64,000 bases of DNA from the NCBI GenBank assembly GCA_013239625.1, contig MU053881.1, positions 6,967,957-7,031,956 on the forward strand, in the 5' to 3' direction. Shown here in pieces: positions 11,761-24,911 of the stretch. The stretch is from Lama guanicoe (lineage: Eukaryota). The translations under genes and the position numbers were made by a program. Positions within the stretch are counted from its first letter, which is position 1. Each line of letters begins with the position of its first letter. The notes below the pieces were generated by a model that made no database searches, was not told the DNA's origin, and saw nothing but the letters and a program-made list of their open reading frames with translations.

Positions 11761-13019
11761 TTTTGGGTTTCTAAAACAGTATTATTGACTATTTAGTTCA
11801 TACTATTATGTTTCTGTTTTAAAGCAAACATAAGCTATAAATACAAAAAGAAAACGTTTTAAATTTAGAGATGATGCTTTGGTGTCCAGTACACCCGGGT
11901 TTAAGTTCATCATATCCGACACCCGCATCTCACCTCCTCCACCCCATCCAACTCCAAAAGCATCGTCAAATGATGTAGATTTTACCAAAGTCTTCATGGG
12001 AAGATGAAAGATCAATGCATGTATACACAGAAAAATTTGATCAGACTTTCCAATTAAATACTTTTCTTCTATATTTATCCCTCATCACTGACAGCTGTCA
12101 TGAAGCCCTTCTCTTCATCTTTCCTCAAAAGGCTCTATAAATCCTTCAAAGCAATTCACTTCTTTCCTTCAACTTACATATCTCACTTAACAAGAAGTAC
12201 TAGTCATTTCACAAAACAAAAACCTTGCATTCAGTTAAGTTTTCCCTTTCCCTTCCCAGGGGCCCTGGTTGTTATTCCACAGCTCTTAGTAACAACAAAA
12301 CTTTCTGGCTTCTCTGTTTAACCTATGATAATAATTTTCTGAGTCACAAAGAGTATCTTGCATTTTCATTTTCATGAGCTAATAGAACACTGAAAGGGAT
12401 CTTGGAAGCCATCTAATTAAAACAAATGATTTGCTAAGGTAACAACTATGTGGAGACTTAACCAATAATGATAAAAATGTTTCACAAAACTTCATCCTTA
12501 CAAATCAGAAGTTCTCAGTTTAGGATCTAGAATCAGGAATTCTGAAGCTGAAAACCTTGCACTCGTTTACATGTTTATTCAACAGGATATTCAACAAGCG
12601 TTTCAGTGCCTATTCTGGGTGAAACCCTGATCTAGGTGCTGGGTAATGACAGAAAACGCTGCAGGCTCTGCTGTGGAGTGAGCTGACCTTGAATCTTGCT
12701 TCACGGTATTCTACACTTTGTTAAAAAACATCTAAAATGGAGCAAATGATAGATCTCAAAGCAACTATTTGGTAGTGAATTATGTTCACAAGGTAAACAA
12801 AAGTTTAAGTTTCCTTTGGTGGAAAAGGACAGAAATAAAAGTATCCTAAAACTAAAAGCTGTTCCACTGCAATCAGTACAATCAGTGTTGAGTACCTGAC
12901 GTTTCCATGACTGGCATTCTTTCTCGCCTTCTTCAGGCCATGGCAACTCTGTTCCTTTCGTGGGGCCTCTCCTTCGGCCACAGACCTGGTGTATGACCCC
13001 AACCTCACCAAGCACAGTT

Positions 13020-13395
13020 GCTCAGGACCCTGCCTGGGGATAAGCATCTTAATCAAAGCTGGGCCAACCAGGATCCTTCTCCAGAATGTTAAACATAAAG
13101 GTTGACTGAAACAGAGGATCTCTCTTTCTCTGGGGCCCCCAAAAGGTAATGCTGTACACCTGGAGTTGCCTGCTGCCATACATCGACCCCCTTCTACCTC
13201 TCATATGGAGGAAACCACCCTTTTAATAGGACAGGATGAGGCCAGTGCACAGAAACAGAATCAGGATAGAACCAGAATTAGCCAAGGCCCTAAAATGTAC
13301 CCCAACGGGGAACTTCCAAGTCACAAGACCCAATAAATGCTTCAGCTAGCTTGAGTCGCTTTTGGCACTTGCTACCAGGAGAGATCTGATTAATA
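13020..13395 (+). mobile_element. Old MaLR (MLT1-type) LTR remnant between LCP2 and C5orf58
   Basis: gctgggccaaccagga... start and ...ccaataaatgcttc...ttgagtcgcttttggcacttgctacc end resemble MLT1 LTRs. Boundaries approximate. Confidence 0.5.
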
Positions 13396-13606
13396 TAAAC
13401 TCATACCATACATTTACAATTTAGTAGCTCTCCTTCACCCTAAGCCAAATTCAAGCATAGGGTAAAGACTAAGCAGTGCCCCGTGGCCATTTTCCTGTGT
13501 CATACTCTTGCCATTAATGACATAAGGTAGCCATTCGTCGAAACACTAAAACAAGAAAAAAACAGCCTTCAAGAACATGAAATGATTATTTATAACTCAA
13601 CATATT

Positions 13607-13620
13607 TTTATTTTTTTATT
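13607..13620 (-). terminator. Tandem AATAAA polyadenylation signals of C5orf58
   Basis: TTTATT on + at 13607-13612 and 13615-13620, about 90-100 nt past the C5orf58 stop codon. Confidence 0.6.
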
Positions 13621-13709
13621 ATATTAAATATATGAGTAAACTCAATTCTCCTAGATAGGAGTTAATTCAAAAATAAAAGTTACAAATCCACAACAAATAA
13701 AAGTCAGAT

Positions 13710-13855
13710 TTAAAAACTGTTAGAAGCAAGGGATACATCTGACGTCTTAGACTCTTCAGAGAGGGGGCTGTCTCTTTCTGCGTCCTTTAAGTCATCTGTC
13801 TTCATAGGACGACTGAAATGTAGGGTAAGGTCACAAAGCCGTAACTGGGAGAGCT
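13710..13855 (-). CDS. C5orf58: C5orf58 ortholog, last coding exon ((E)LSQLRLCDLTLHFSRPMKTDDLKDAERDSPLSEESKTSDVSLASNSF*)
   Basis: Minus-strand ttgttttacacag| acceptor and TAA stop. Resembles recalled human C5orf58 ELSQLLLCDL.LHF..P.KT..L..AER..PL.EESK.SDVSL.SNSF. Sits tail-to-tail with LCP2, as in human. Confidence 0.88.
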
Positions 13856-14899
13856 CTGTGTAAAACAAGGTAACAGAAAATACTATATTGCAGCACATAT
13901 GTCAGAGGCAACTATTACTTTAAGTAGCTATTTCCTAATTGTTAGTTTAGTTTTCTTTTAGTGATTATTCATCAAACCACAATTTAGATGTGCCCCATTT
14001 TGACTTAAAGTCAAATTTATGTACTACAAGATAAGCATGACATAAAACTTACCATAAGGGCTCTTTGGCTCAAATTGTTAGCTATCTTACTAAATTGAGA
14101 TTTGATTTATGCAAATTTGACATATACATTTTTAATTACTACTTGTATCTGTTACACATGCACATAGTATAAAAAATCAAATAAGGTATGTTACAAAAAA
14201 TAGCTGTTCTATCTCCCAGAGGCAACCACTTTTACCTTTTTTGGAACTCATTTTTTTGTTGTTGCTTTTATGGTTTTTTCTGTGTTGAGTTTTTGTTTGT
14301 TTTGTTTTGGGGGGGGAACAGTATTTACCCTCCATCTCTCTGAATGAAATGCATACTGTTTCAATTTTAGGCATGATCTATCTGCTTCTGACCACAGAAG
14401 ATTAAGACATAGCTCTTTTCACTCACCCCCACTCCCCCAGTGTAGTTCAGTACAACTTTTCCTAGCTCAATAGTTCATGTTTAAATTCTTTTATTATATA
14501 TTCTTTACAGCTGACTCTTGCATGACATTTCCCTTACTGTAAGGTACCACCCAACCCCAGTTAGTAACCTGGGGTTTCCTTTTTTCATTGCTTAATTATC
14601 ATGAATCTATCTCACATTTCTACAGCTGGATAAATCTCCTCTCAGTAAACAAAGCCTTCACTTCTATTATTGAACCTCTCCTCTCCTGGTCTTCTCATCC
14701 GCTCTGGTCTGGACGGACAGCTAAGACCGCGCACATCCTGGGAACTCCCTTCGCCATCATCCTAGGGCTCCCTTTCACCCCCTCCTCGTGTGGAGCGCCT
14801 TCTTCCAGAACATCATGTCCCTCTCTTGTTGGTCTACTCCCTTGTTTGCTGGAATACAACCTAGGAACTTTCTGAGAAGGGGGAAAATGTACACGTCTG

Positions 14900-15860
14900 G
14901 AAACTTCTCTCTCTACACTAACGCTAATAGATTGACTGGCTGTAGAAATCCAGGCCGGACATCTTGTTTCTTCAGATTTCCAAAGGTGTCCTTTCTTTTA
15001 GCTGCCAGTGTTTCTACTGAGACATTTCACACAAATCTAATTCTTACTCTCTGCTTCTCTGTAGAAGATCCAAGAATCTTTTTGTCTTGCCAGTGTGCTG
15101 ATACTTCACAGGGCTGTATTTTGGTACGGGTCTATTTTCATTTATTGTGTTGGGCTCTTCTGTTATAAAAAAGCCATATCCTTCAGCTCTGGAAAAATGC
15201 CTCAGATGATGTCTTTAATGGACCCCTTCCCATGCACTATGTTCGTTCTTCCTGACACTCCTATTCACTGGGTGTTGGACTTAAGACTAATCTTGGAACT
15301 TTTTCCCCCTAAAACTTTCCATCTACTTTTTCATTCTACACTCAAGGGGATTTTCTTCATTTTATCTTTAAATCTTTCTCTAGAGTTTATTTCTATGATC
15401 ATACTTTAATTTTGTTCCCTAAGTATTTTTTAGAGGATCCTGTTCCTTCTTCATAAACACAGACTCTTACTTCTCTGTGGGTATTAATGATAGTTTCTTG
15501 GAGTTTTTGTCTCTCTTCATAATCTGTTTCTTCGTTAATTGAATCTATTTATTGGTTTTGTCTCTGCTTTTCATATTAGATGCTTGCCTCAAATATCTGT
15601 TTTCCATAGTTGTCTGCTCCTATTTAAGACTAAGGTACTAAAAAGACAACTGAAGTTCTTTGCCCATGGTACTCAATATTGTGGGCTGATCTGGTTGGGT
15701 ATTTTGTTGGAGAAACCTCTATTATCAGTATCTTTAGGTCTTTTCTCTTATGCTGATACGAATTCCTGAGAGCTTGAGGGTATAAATCTAGCTGCTACTG
15801 TTTTGTAGCCAAGAAAGCAAGCTGGGAGACTTATAACTCGTTACGTAAACCCTGTCTTAA
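14900..15860 (-). mobile_element. Ancient LINE-1/HAL1-like fragment(s) in the C5orf58 intron
   Basis: Long T-rich degenerate stretch with antisense L1-like phrases (gactggctgtagaaatccagg, gtttctactgaga). No intact ORF. Confidence 0.45.
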
Positions 15861-15894
15861 TTATTTCAGTACTACTCTTTCCCTCAACTTGTGG

Positions 15895-16100
15895 GACTTC
15901 AGATTTAAATCTCAGGTCTGCCCGTGACTAGCTGTGAAACCTTAGGAAAGTCAGTTAACCTCTCTGTACCTGTTTCCGTATCTGTAAATGCCAATGTGAT
16001 ATCTCCTACCTCATAAAATTGTTATGATGATTGAGCCCATTTATGTAGAACTCTTGGAAGAGTATCTGGATCATGGTAAATACTATAGGTGCTAGTTATT
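15895..16100 (+). mobile_element. MIR SINE
   Basis: actagctgtgaaaccttaggaaagtcagttaacctctctgtacctgtttccgtatctgtaaatg core. Confidence 0.75.
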
Positions 16101-16371
16101 GACATTCTTATTTGGGGGTAAAAGTGGAGGTAAACAGAGTGTTCATTTAATCTTCCGCATCTGCCAGGAGTCTACCTTCCTAGTCCAGCTCTACAAGTCT
16201 CCTGTAGCCTCACTGCCTACCCTACCCCACAACTTTTCAGAAACACACTGATCATATCTATTCTAATTCACTTCATGAAAGAATAATCCCCAAACTAGAA
16301 CAGTCAGATGATCAAATTTGAGAGGAATCTAAAGCTGTTTGTTTTAAATGAGTGCAAGCATCCAGAACCAG

Positions 16372-16850
16372 TTATTCATTTAATAAATATTTTCCAAGAA
16401 CCTATCATATAAAGGCATTGTGTTAAGTGCCAGGAATGCCCTTAAGGAGCTTACAGACGAGCAGGGATAGGAAAAGTAAGTAAAATGCAATTACAGTACA
16501 GTGTGATAGGTGATATGAAAAGGTAGAACAGATAACATACTGGCTTAAAAAAAGTTTCCTAGTGTAAGTAACCATGACTAATAAGTAGCACTTAACCTGG
16601 TGAAGTGGAGGTGGGGGTTCAACAGTGGGCATTTCAGGAGGAGATGCATGTGTTAAGGCACAGACAGAAAAAAAAGAGCAAATGTGTAGATATGCAGATA
16701 GTTCAGTACAGCTGGAGCACAGAACACGCAGGGAATAAAGAATGAGGTAGCAGACTGAAGAGGTAGGCAGGGGCCTGATCTCAAGAGGTCTTACATTTTA
16801 GAAAGACAGTCCTTGCTGAAGTGCTGAGGTTGGTTCTGAGAGATGGTGAA
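16372..16850 (-). mobile_element. L2 LINE 3' fragment
   Basis: attcatttaataaatattt...aggcattgtgttaagtgc is the reverse complement of the L2 3' end. Confidence 0.6.
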
Positions 16851-17099
16851 TTAAACAAAGCTAACCTGAGTCCCTTCTATCAGATTCCTTAGAACTTTTG
16901 TTAATATGTACTGTGAATCTGTGAGAGGATTAAGGAGCATTAAAGCCCTTCCCAAACTTATCTGACCATTAATACACGGACTCCGTTTTCTCTGTACACC
17001 CTCTATTAACATCTCTTGAGACAGCAGCATTCCCAGATTGAAGTCTGGGTAATGCTACCCTTGGGAGAACACAGAACAAGCGTAACAGGCACTCACTAT

Positions 17100-17561
17100 T
17101 TAGTGCCTAACAGTCACTCCCTTCTTCCTTGGGGCACAACTTGATTGCATCTGAAGTGGTCTTCTCCCCAGCTCCAGGAGTAAGTGCTGACTGGTCCAGA
17201 CTGGTCTTGGCAGTCCCATTCCCCTTGGTGGTGGCTGCTGCAGACATCTGCATGTGGTGGAACTCTGGCCAAGGAAAGGAAAGGGGGAATGTGCTGGAGG
17301 GATCTGGGGAAAGGCTTATATAACGAGACACAGGCAGAGACAGTGTCTGTACATGGTCATGTCTGCAGGTAATGACTATGAGAAGTGATAAACGAGTGAA
17401 TATAACAAAGCAGAAAAATGATAAGAACCAAGTATCTGGTGAAGTCCTTAAACTCTGAATTAACCTGAGGGATGCTAAACCTTAGATCTTATTCTTCATC
17501 ATCTAAGCTATGTTAGGTTGGTATGTTGTTACTTGTAGCTGAAGGTCTCATAACTGACACA
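17100..17561 (+). mobile_element. Old MaLR (MLT1-type) LTR remnant
   Basis: Ends ...gttacttgtagctgaaggtctcataactgacaca, a typical MLT1 3' terminus. Confidence 0.55.
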
Positions 17562-18297
17562 AAGGCTGTCTTCAAATATCAAGAGTTGTGATAAGAATAA
17601 CAACTACATATGCAGCGGTTTTGATGGATAAGAAATAGGACCAATGAGTGAAAGGAAAAGGGAAACAGATTTCAGCTAATCCATGAAGAGAAACTGTCTA
17701 AGATAGAACAGACTGACTGGTGAGATGAAGAGTTTCCCAACATAGGAAATATTTTGTCAAGAACAGATTATGCCTAGAAATAGTCAATCATGGAAATTTT
17801 ACATGCCTGGGATAAGAGTGCAGAATATGTCTGTGAGGTGAGTGACTAAACATCATGACCCATAAGGTCTAATCGTACTAGAACCATCAATTCACATAAT
17901 CAAACAAATTTTTAAGTTTTGATTTAGAAGGAACTTTATGGATTTAGTAAGGATTAATGGATAAAGATACTGAATTTTGCAGATTGTGACACTGTTGTGC
18001 AATAGTTTGCTGAAGGGAAAGAAGGGGAGTAAATTTAGAGAAGTTACTTAGGTATCATAAGCTTTTTATAGTGTCAGGGATGAAAATTCAAGTCTGCTAA
18101 CTTCCAGGTCACTGCTCCAACATAATACATCTTTAGAGATCTAGTTTATATTATAGTATGAACATTTCTTAAGAAGTAAGAGAAATCTTGATTTGTGGGG
18201 AAAATCAGTTCCACCCCAGTAGCAGCACAAATTGACTCTACTCTGTATTTTAAAACAATAACCTGCAAATATTTTAATTTAGGGATTCCATACTTAC

Positions 18298-18391
18298 CTT
18301 TCATTTTCTTTAACTCCAAAGAAATTGTGTTAATGTTTTTAATCATGGCTTCCACATTTAGCTTATGTTCAGTATTATTATTATTATACAT
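18298..18391 (-). CDS. C5orf58: C5orf58 ortholog, first recognised coding exon (MYNNNNTEHKLNVEAMIKNINTISLELKKMK)
   Basis: Minus-strand acceptor ttttaaaatcag|ATG and donor AAAG|gtaagt. The 94-nt exon splices in frame to 13855, giving 79 aa. Motif HKLNV...IKNINTIS.ELKK.K. Confidence 0.88.
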
Positions 18392-19479
18392 CTGATTTTA
18401 AAAGAGAAACAAAAACAAAATATAAAATTTAAAATACTTAAATTTTCAGTATTTATAAAAGGAAAAGTTGTTATTTCAGAACTCACATATTTGTGAAATT
18501 ATACCTTCTATAAACGGTTGGAATTCTAACATAGGAAGGCATCCACTTGCTAATATTCTTCCTACCGAAAACATCTCTAACTGGAATTCCTAGGATGAGC
18601 TTTCTTCTTTAATCAAACCATATCCACAAGACGGAGCCCTTACAATGGAAATGCAGGTGTCCCCTTTACAGAAAGCCTCAGCATTTATAAACTATCTTAC
18701 AATTCAGCAATCTCACATAAGATCTTCTCTAATTTTGTTTACGTAAGTCAGCATCTTTTTCTAACTTACACTTGAATGACAGGGTCTGTACGTGATTCCT
18801 TTAAGTACACAGTCAAGCTTAAAACAAGATTCAGTTATAATTCTTTGACTGGCAACATGACCACTTCTACTTTAGCTTTGAGAGTTAGGGCAACACACAT
18901 TTTAATTTAGCTGAAATGTGTAAATTCACATTACTATGTTATACACACAGTACATATATTTAACCAATTGTGTCAGATATAAATGTATAGAGAGGTTCCC
19001 AGGTGATTCACTAGCAATTAACTTTACCCATTCAACCTGAAAAAATACCCAGCTACAACAATGAGGAAGGTGGGCAGTTACGCGTCAGGCTGCCTGTCCA
19101 AAATAGTGAAAACAAACTAACCTTGAAATCAATTCCTTGCCTCTGCCTCTCCCTGAGTCGGAGAAATGTATCCTATTTCACTCGCTTCAGAGTCACTGTA
19201 AAGGAAATAAATTGTCTGATTTCCAGACAATGAATAAGATACACTTTGCGTCCACTTACAAGCCCCCAGGCACTGAAAACGAAGTGGCAGCTATCTTACC
19301 TGGGTATGGCAAAGCAAAAGATCCAGGTTTGAGGGGAGAGAAAGATGATAAAAAATAAAGGAGGTGGGGTGGGGATGGTGCAATTAAAAAAACCTTTAAA
19401 AATAAGAAATGAATTTAAAAATTAAATTAAAAACCAAGAGGAAAGTAGCAACTGAATGGATGGAGAAATGACCCTCCCC

Positions 19480-20330
19480 ACTCTTGAGGGGTTACCCAGG
19501 GCCCCCAAGTGGCCCTAGGTAGGTGAGGGCAGAGGTCAAAGTGGCAGCCGGACCCCACAGGGCCAGAGCGCGGCCAGAGCTGGGCAAGCCTTCCCCAGGG
19601 AGCTCATCGGGCACCCCTAAGAGAACGGGAACGCCGGTCAAACAGCGCTTCCGCAGGACGCGGGAGCCGGAGGCCGGGCTCGGGGGCAAGGGAACAGCGG
19701 GGTCGGCGGGCCAGGATACCACAGCGTGAAGGGACCAATGCAACCAGGGCGCTAACCCAGAGCAGGAGGCCTGGCGGCCAGCCGCTCCCCGTGAGGAGAG
19801 CTTATTTAACCTCCCAAGCTTTCCTTCTAAAGGCCAACCCCCTCTTCTCGGCCCAACTGACACCAGTGAGGAGCCCCAGTCTTGGGGCCCGCGGGGTGCG
19901 GGAGCCCACCCAACCGCAGGCCTGAAGATGGAGCTGAAGGCAGCATCGAAATGTCTACAGTCCTCATGCTCCCAAACCGCATCAGGACAACACGAAACGC
20001 TCCCCGCGTGCCCACAGGCCCTGCCTGGAGCCGCCCGGCCAACCGCCCTTCTCCACCCAACCGACGCCGCCGCCCGTGAGGAACCGGCCCGCCCCGCTCG
20101 GCGGCTGAAAATGGAGCCCGGGGCAGCCTGGAAACGTCAGCAGCCTTCACCCCGACGCCACACGCCAAAACCGACTGAGGATTATTTAAAACCGACTAAC
20201 CCTGCCCAGCCCCACAGCCCCGACCCTCTCGATACCCGCCTCGCCAACCGCAAAGTGCTGGCCGTTATGGGCGAAGAGCGGTTATGGAAGCGAGACCGGG
20301 CTTCCTGATTGGCCAGCTTCTCCGCCTGGT
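19480..20330 (-). promoter_or_regulatory. CpG island / probable C5orf58 promoter and 5' non-coding exon(s)
   Basis: Abrupt GC- and CpG-rich block in AT-rich surroundings, about 1.1 kb upstream of the C5orf58 ATG. NF-Y-type CTGATTGGCC at 20305-20314. Strong minus-strand donor CAG|GTAAGA nearby at 19300/19299. Confidence 0.75.
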
Positions 20331-23134
20331 GCACCCTGGGAGTTGTAGTCCCAGGCCAGGCCTCTTCAGAGAAGGTTCTGGATACCAGTCTGGAAGTGAC
20401 TGGTATACTGCCGCGTTGGCAGAGAGGACGGGTGGGAAGGAGCTGAGATTTTGCTCCTCTGTACCAGGCACTGTGCTAAGTGCTTTATAGCCCTTATTTG
20501 TGTTTGATTTTCACAGTACTGAGTGTGGATTGACTCTGTACTGAAACTGCGTGGGCTTGAATTCATCTCCAGCACTGATTTAGCTATAGCTGTCCTCAGC
20601 TGTCATAAAGATAGTAGTAGCTGCTTTCTTGTCTTCTTTTGAGTTTTAAATAAAACAATGCATTGCAATGGGCTTGGCAGAAGAGGTGCCCCATAAATGT
20701 TAGCTGTTATCATTCCTATAAACCTGTACAGATGAGCTGAGAGGTATACACTGGTTTCCTGCCAAATAGGGAAGTTGGGATACAAGCCATCTTTGCTGGA
20801 TTCCAAGAGGAATCTCTGTCACTACAACCTTTGGAGATGACTCAAAGATTTTTCTCAGTTCCCCCCCGGGAATTGCCTTAGACCTGACGGACTCCAGCAT
20901 CAGGTTCTATGCAAGTCTGCTTTCTCTAAGGCTCCCTGATAACACACACCAGCCTCTTGAACCAGTCCCTTCCTAGCAACCTTCAGCCCATAGTCTGTTT
21001 TGTGTGTGTGTCCAATTACCTTCAGTTTAACACTAGAATTTGTTGTCTGATGCAGAGTTTGATAGTTGACCAGGGTCATAGGAGGACTGAGCATCAGTAA
21101 CATGGAGAAGAGTAACATCCTTTTTCTGAATCTCAGTTTTCTTATGAGAGGGATGAGCGAGGTCAGTGTTTTCTAAATCTCTCTCATTATTGGGCCACTG
21201 TTATGATTGGTTGCCCTATGTTATTACCTTAACATTTTAAATGCAGCTTGAGCTTAGAGAGCTTGGTGCCTGCTTAGGGCCCACAAGAACCAGATTCAGT
21301 CCCAAGCACAGATCCCTTTTTGTTATTTTCATTGCACCAAGTTGTCTCCCACGCCAGGATACCATCTTTTGAAATGTGATATAAATGAGTACATCATAGC
21401 TTCGAAATGTTTTGGGCTTCACAGATCATTGAACCTGAACTTATATACGCTAATACACACACACAAGCATGCAAATATGGAGTGACCAAAATAAATGTGA
21501 GCAACATTCATTTTCTGAATTAAGGACATTAACAAAACAAAAATAGCTGCCACTACTGTTTTATAAAAGCAGGGGTAATTTACCATCAAAAAGGAAGAAA
21601 GAAAAAGAAGGAAGATCATAATAATTTCAGGATAAGACTACCTGAACCAAAATCTCACTGATCTGTCTTTTTTTTTTCCCCTCCCCTTAATTGATGCAGA
21701 CTAGTGAAAACTGCACCTCAGACCTGCATGATTCCACATGTGTGTTTGGATACTCCGCCTAGATGCACACAACAGCTGGAGAAAAGAGAGCGTTTACGAG
21801 AAGTGGGGTGAAAAATGTAGGTGGGCTGAGATAGTGTTAAGACCAAAAATCCTGAAAATCAAGTGATAATGAGGGCTGGGGCTGAGTGGGATGTGGTTTC
21901 TCTGGGGCCACATTGTCCCAAACATGTTGAATGCACTCACAAGGTCCAGTAGGGTTTGTAGGACCTACTTCTGCTCAAATACCTGTGGATTAAAATTCTG
22001 TTCACAGGACTTTTGATAAAATCTAAAGACTTTCCACCCATCCAGAGTGCTAATCACTTCTTACGAGCAGATTCAAATTACTGTAATTGGGAAAAAAACA
22101 TCTTTGAGGCTTTTTAAAAAAAAAAATCAACTTTGTGGATTTTTTTTTAATAAGTGTTACAAGAGGGAAAAAGAGATCTGAACTCAGAAAAAGATAGATT
22201 GTAATAATGTTTTTTCCTCTATAAAAAATGTGGAATGCTGATGATTACGTATTGTAGTGTTTTTCTTCCTTGAGTAGCTATAGATTTGGTCTTTTTTTTT
22301 CCCCCTAAGAAAACAAGACTTTCAAAGTATAACCTGCTGCTTAAGGCTTGAGACCGTTATAGATGAGGCCCTAAAAGAAAAAAAATCTATCTTCCTTAAT
22401 TAGTCTGCAAATACAACACTTTCCTGAAACACGACACTGGTTGCAGTTGTTGATTCTAATGTTAATCAAATAAAGGAGATTAAAAAGCTGGTGAATTCCC
22501 CCATAAAGAGAAAAGCTGTTACAGAACAAGGTGATTAAGCGTTTTATGGAGCTGGGTGTGAGTGCCTCCGTTAGTTTTATTACAAATCCTTGGCATAAAG
22601 TCTTCATTTCCAGGGAAACAAATTGAGTAAATTATCTCACGTCTTCCACTAGGTCCCATTCCCTTCCTCCCCCTGCTCATTGTCAATTAAACCATTCCTG
22701 TTGGTCTTCGTGCCTAGGGATGGCTTCCGGCTGGAGCATCAGCTCCCTTCTGCACATCCCTTTTACAACCCCTGTGTAGACAAATTAGGAGACAGCGAGC
22801 ACATGCTTGGATTACTACCTGCAGAGCATGACTAGTGTCCAAAAGATGAAGGAAATCCTGCTGCATTAGAACCAGCAATACTTTCCCAATAGCCAGTCAC
22901 ATAAATGAAGCAAGACAGCGCATGCAGGGCTTCTGCCACTAAGATCTGAAGTGAAAGTTGGCTTCCCTGCCTTCTGTCTTCTACAAGCAGCTGAGGTTAC
23001 ATGGGAGAGAGCCATTTTCTTTGTCTCTGAAAGAAGCACTTCTGAACTTTAGAAAGAGGTTATCAACAAAAATCCACATTGCTCACTACATTAACTAAAA
23101 TGTTTTTATTTCTGATTAAGAAATGACTTTATGT

Positions 23135-23620
23135 AAAAATCCTGCCATTTGTGACAGCAGGGATGGACCGTGAGGGTATTATGCTAAGCGAAATGAGTCA
23201 GACAGGGAAAAACAAATACTGTACGATCTCACTTATATGTGGAATGTACACACATTGAACTCACAGGAACAGAATGTAGAATGGTGGTAGCCAGAGGCTG
23301 AGTGGTGGGGAAAATGGGAAGATGCTGGTCAAGGTGTATAAACTTCCAGTTATAAGATGAATAAGTTCTGTGGATCTGATGTACAGTTACTGTATTGTGA
23401 CTGTTGTTAACAATACTGTATCACGTACTTGAGAGTTGCTATGAGAGTAGAGTTTTAAAAACAATAACAACAACAAAATGATAATTATGTGGAGTGAAGA
23501 ATGGGTTCACTTAACCTTATTGGAGTAAACATTTCACAATATATACATGTGTCAAATCATCACATTGTACACCTTAAACTTATACAATGCAATATGCCGA
23601 TCATATCTCAGTAAAGCTGG
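23135..23620 (+). mobile_element. LINE-1 3' end (L1MA-type), 5'-truncated
   Basis: aaatcctgccatttgtgacagcagggatggaccgtgagggtattatgctaagcgaaatgagtcagac through to ...tatatctcagtaaagctgg is the L1 ORF2 end plus 3' UTR. Confidence 0.85.
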
Positions 23621-23669
23621 TGGGGGGGATTACAGTTCTGTGCCAACATTTCCCTCTGAAACAGGAAAC

Positions 23670-23863
23670 TACCCAAATAGATTTGCCAAGAATATATGAG
23701 ATATCCAGTTAAATTTGAATTTCAGGTGAACAACAGATAATTTTGTTACTATAAATATGTCCTAAATATTGTATGGCACATAAGTATATTAAACATTTAT
23801 TTACTTAAGAATCAAATTTAACTGAGAATACTGTACTTTTAGTCACTAAATCTGCCAACCCTA
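23670..23863. mobile_element. MER53-like palindromic hAT MITE
   Basis: ccagttaaatttgaatttcag...tatgtcctaaatattgtatggcacata...tcaaatttaactg...tctgccaacccta, with internal inverted symmetry. Confidence 0.75.
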
Positions 23864-24911
23864 TGCCCAAAACACTTCAACCATGAAGAGAAAAGCAAAC
23901 AGTCTGAAGGCATATAGATTTAGTAGGTATGGAAGCCAAGAAAAGATCGAGGTTTTCCAAGCTGATGTCCAAAATAATAAATACATACACTTACTGTGCC
24001 AGAATCTGCCTCCCTCCTTCCTTCAACATTCTTGTAATGCAAAAGAGAGGCTAGGTCTTTGAGAAAGCAGATGGACAGAAGCTGACGATATTCAGCATGG
24101 CGCTGACTTTGACAGTTGCTTGCTATGCCTGTTTGTCTGAAAACTCTTTGCGCCTGGCTTTTTAGAAAATGCTTTCATGCAGCGAGACATATTCTTGACA
24201 CAAGTTGTTGTTTATTCCCGGAGATCCGCCAATCAGAGAAAACCTTCTCTGTCCCCAAATAAAATGTGTTTCTAATTTCATCATGTCAGCCCTCCATCTC
24301 CCAACAATACTTCCCCATGTTTATTAAAGACATAGATCCTGATCAGACCTTTCTCCCTCTAGGCATTGCCCTCAACTCCCACACCTCACCTTCATCAGCC
24401 AGCCATGCAATGAAAAATGATTGCCTTTATGAAAAGAATATATTATATTCATGAGGTCAGTTACAATAGAATATAAGTGTGTACTCACTTCTTTTAAGGA
24501 AAAAGATGCATACGTGCATAAAAACAAATTTGGAGGAATAAACACCAAAGTTTTAACGATTATCTCTGGGTAGTGAGATTTATGGGTAATTTCCTTGTAC
24601 TTTTTTTTTTTTTTTTTTTTTGCATCTATTTATTTAGCTTAGCTGTCACTTTAGTCCCAACCCTCTTCTCTATATTTTTAAACTCTCCAGGACATTTCTC
24701 AACATGGTACAACACCAGTCACTTTAAAGCAGAGCTTCTCAAACAAACTTTACAGTGTACAACAATTACTTAGACAGCTTGTGAAAAGTCATAGTCCAAT
24801 TTAGATTTACTCAATTAGTAAGTCAGTAAATCTAGGTAGGGCTCCCTAAATCTGCATTTTTAATCCCTCCTCCTTCCATTTTAACCTGGGTGGACTATGG
24901 ACCATATTTTT

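Noticed and set aside
19492..20490. Several overlapping ORFs on both strands
   Set aside because: Expected from stop-codon depletion in a CpG island. Low-complexity Pro/Arg/Gly translations.
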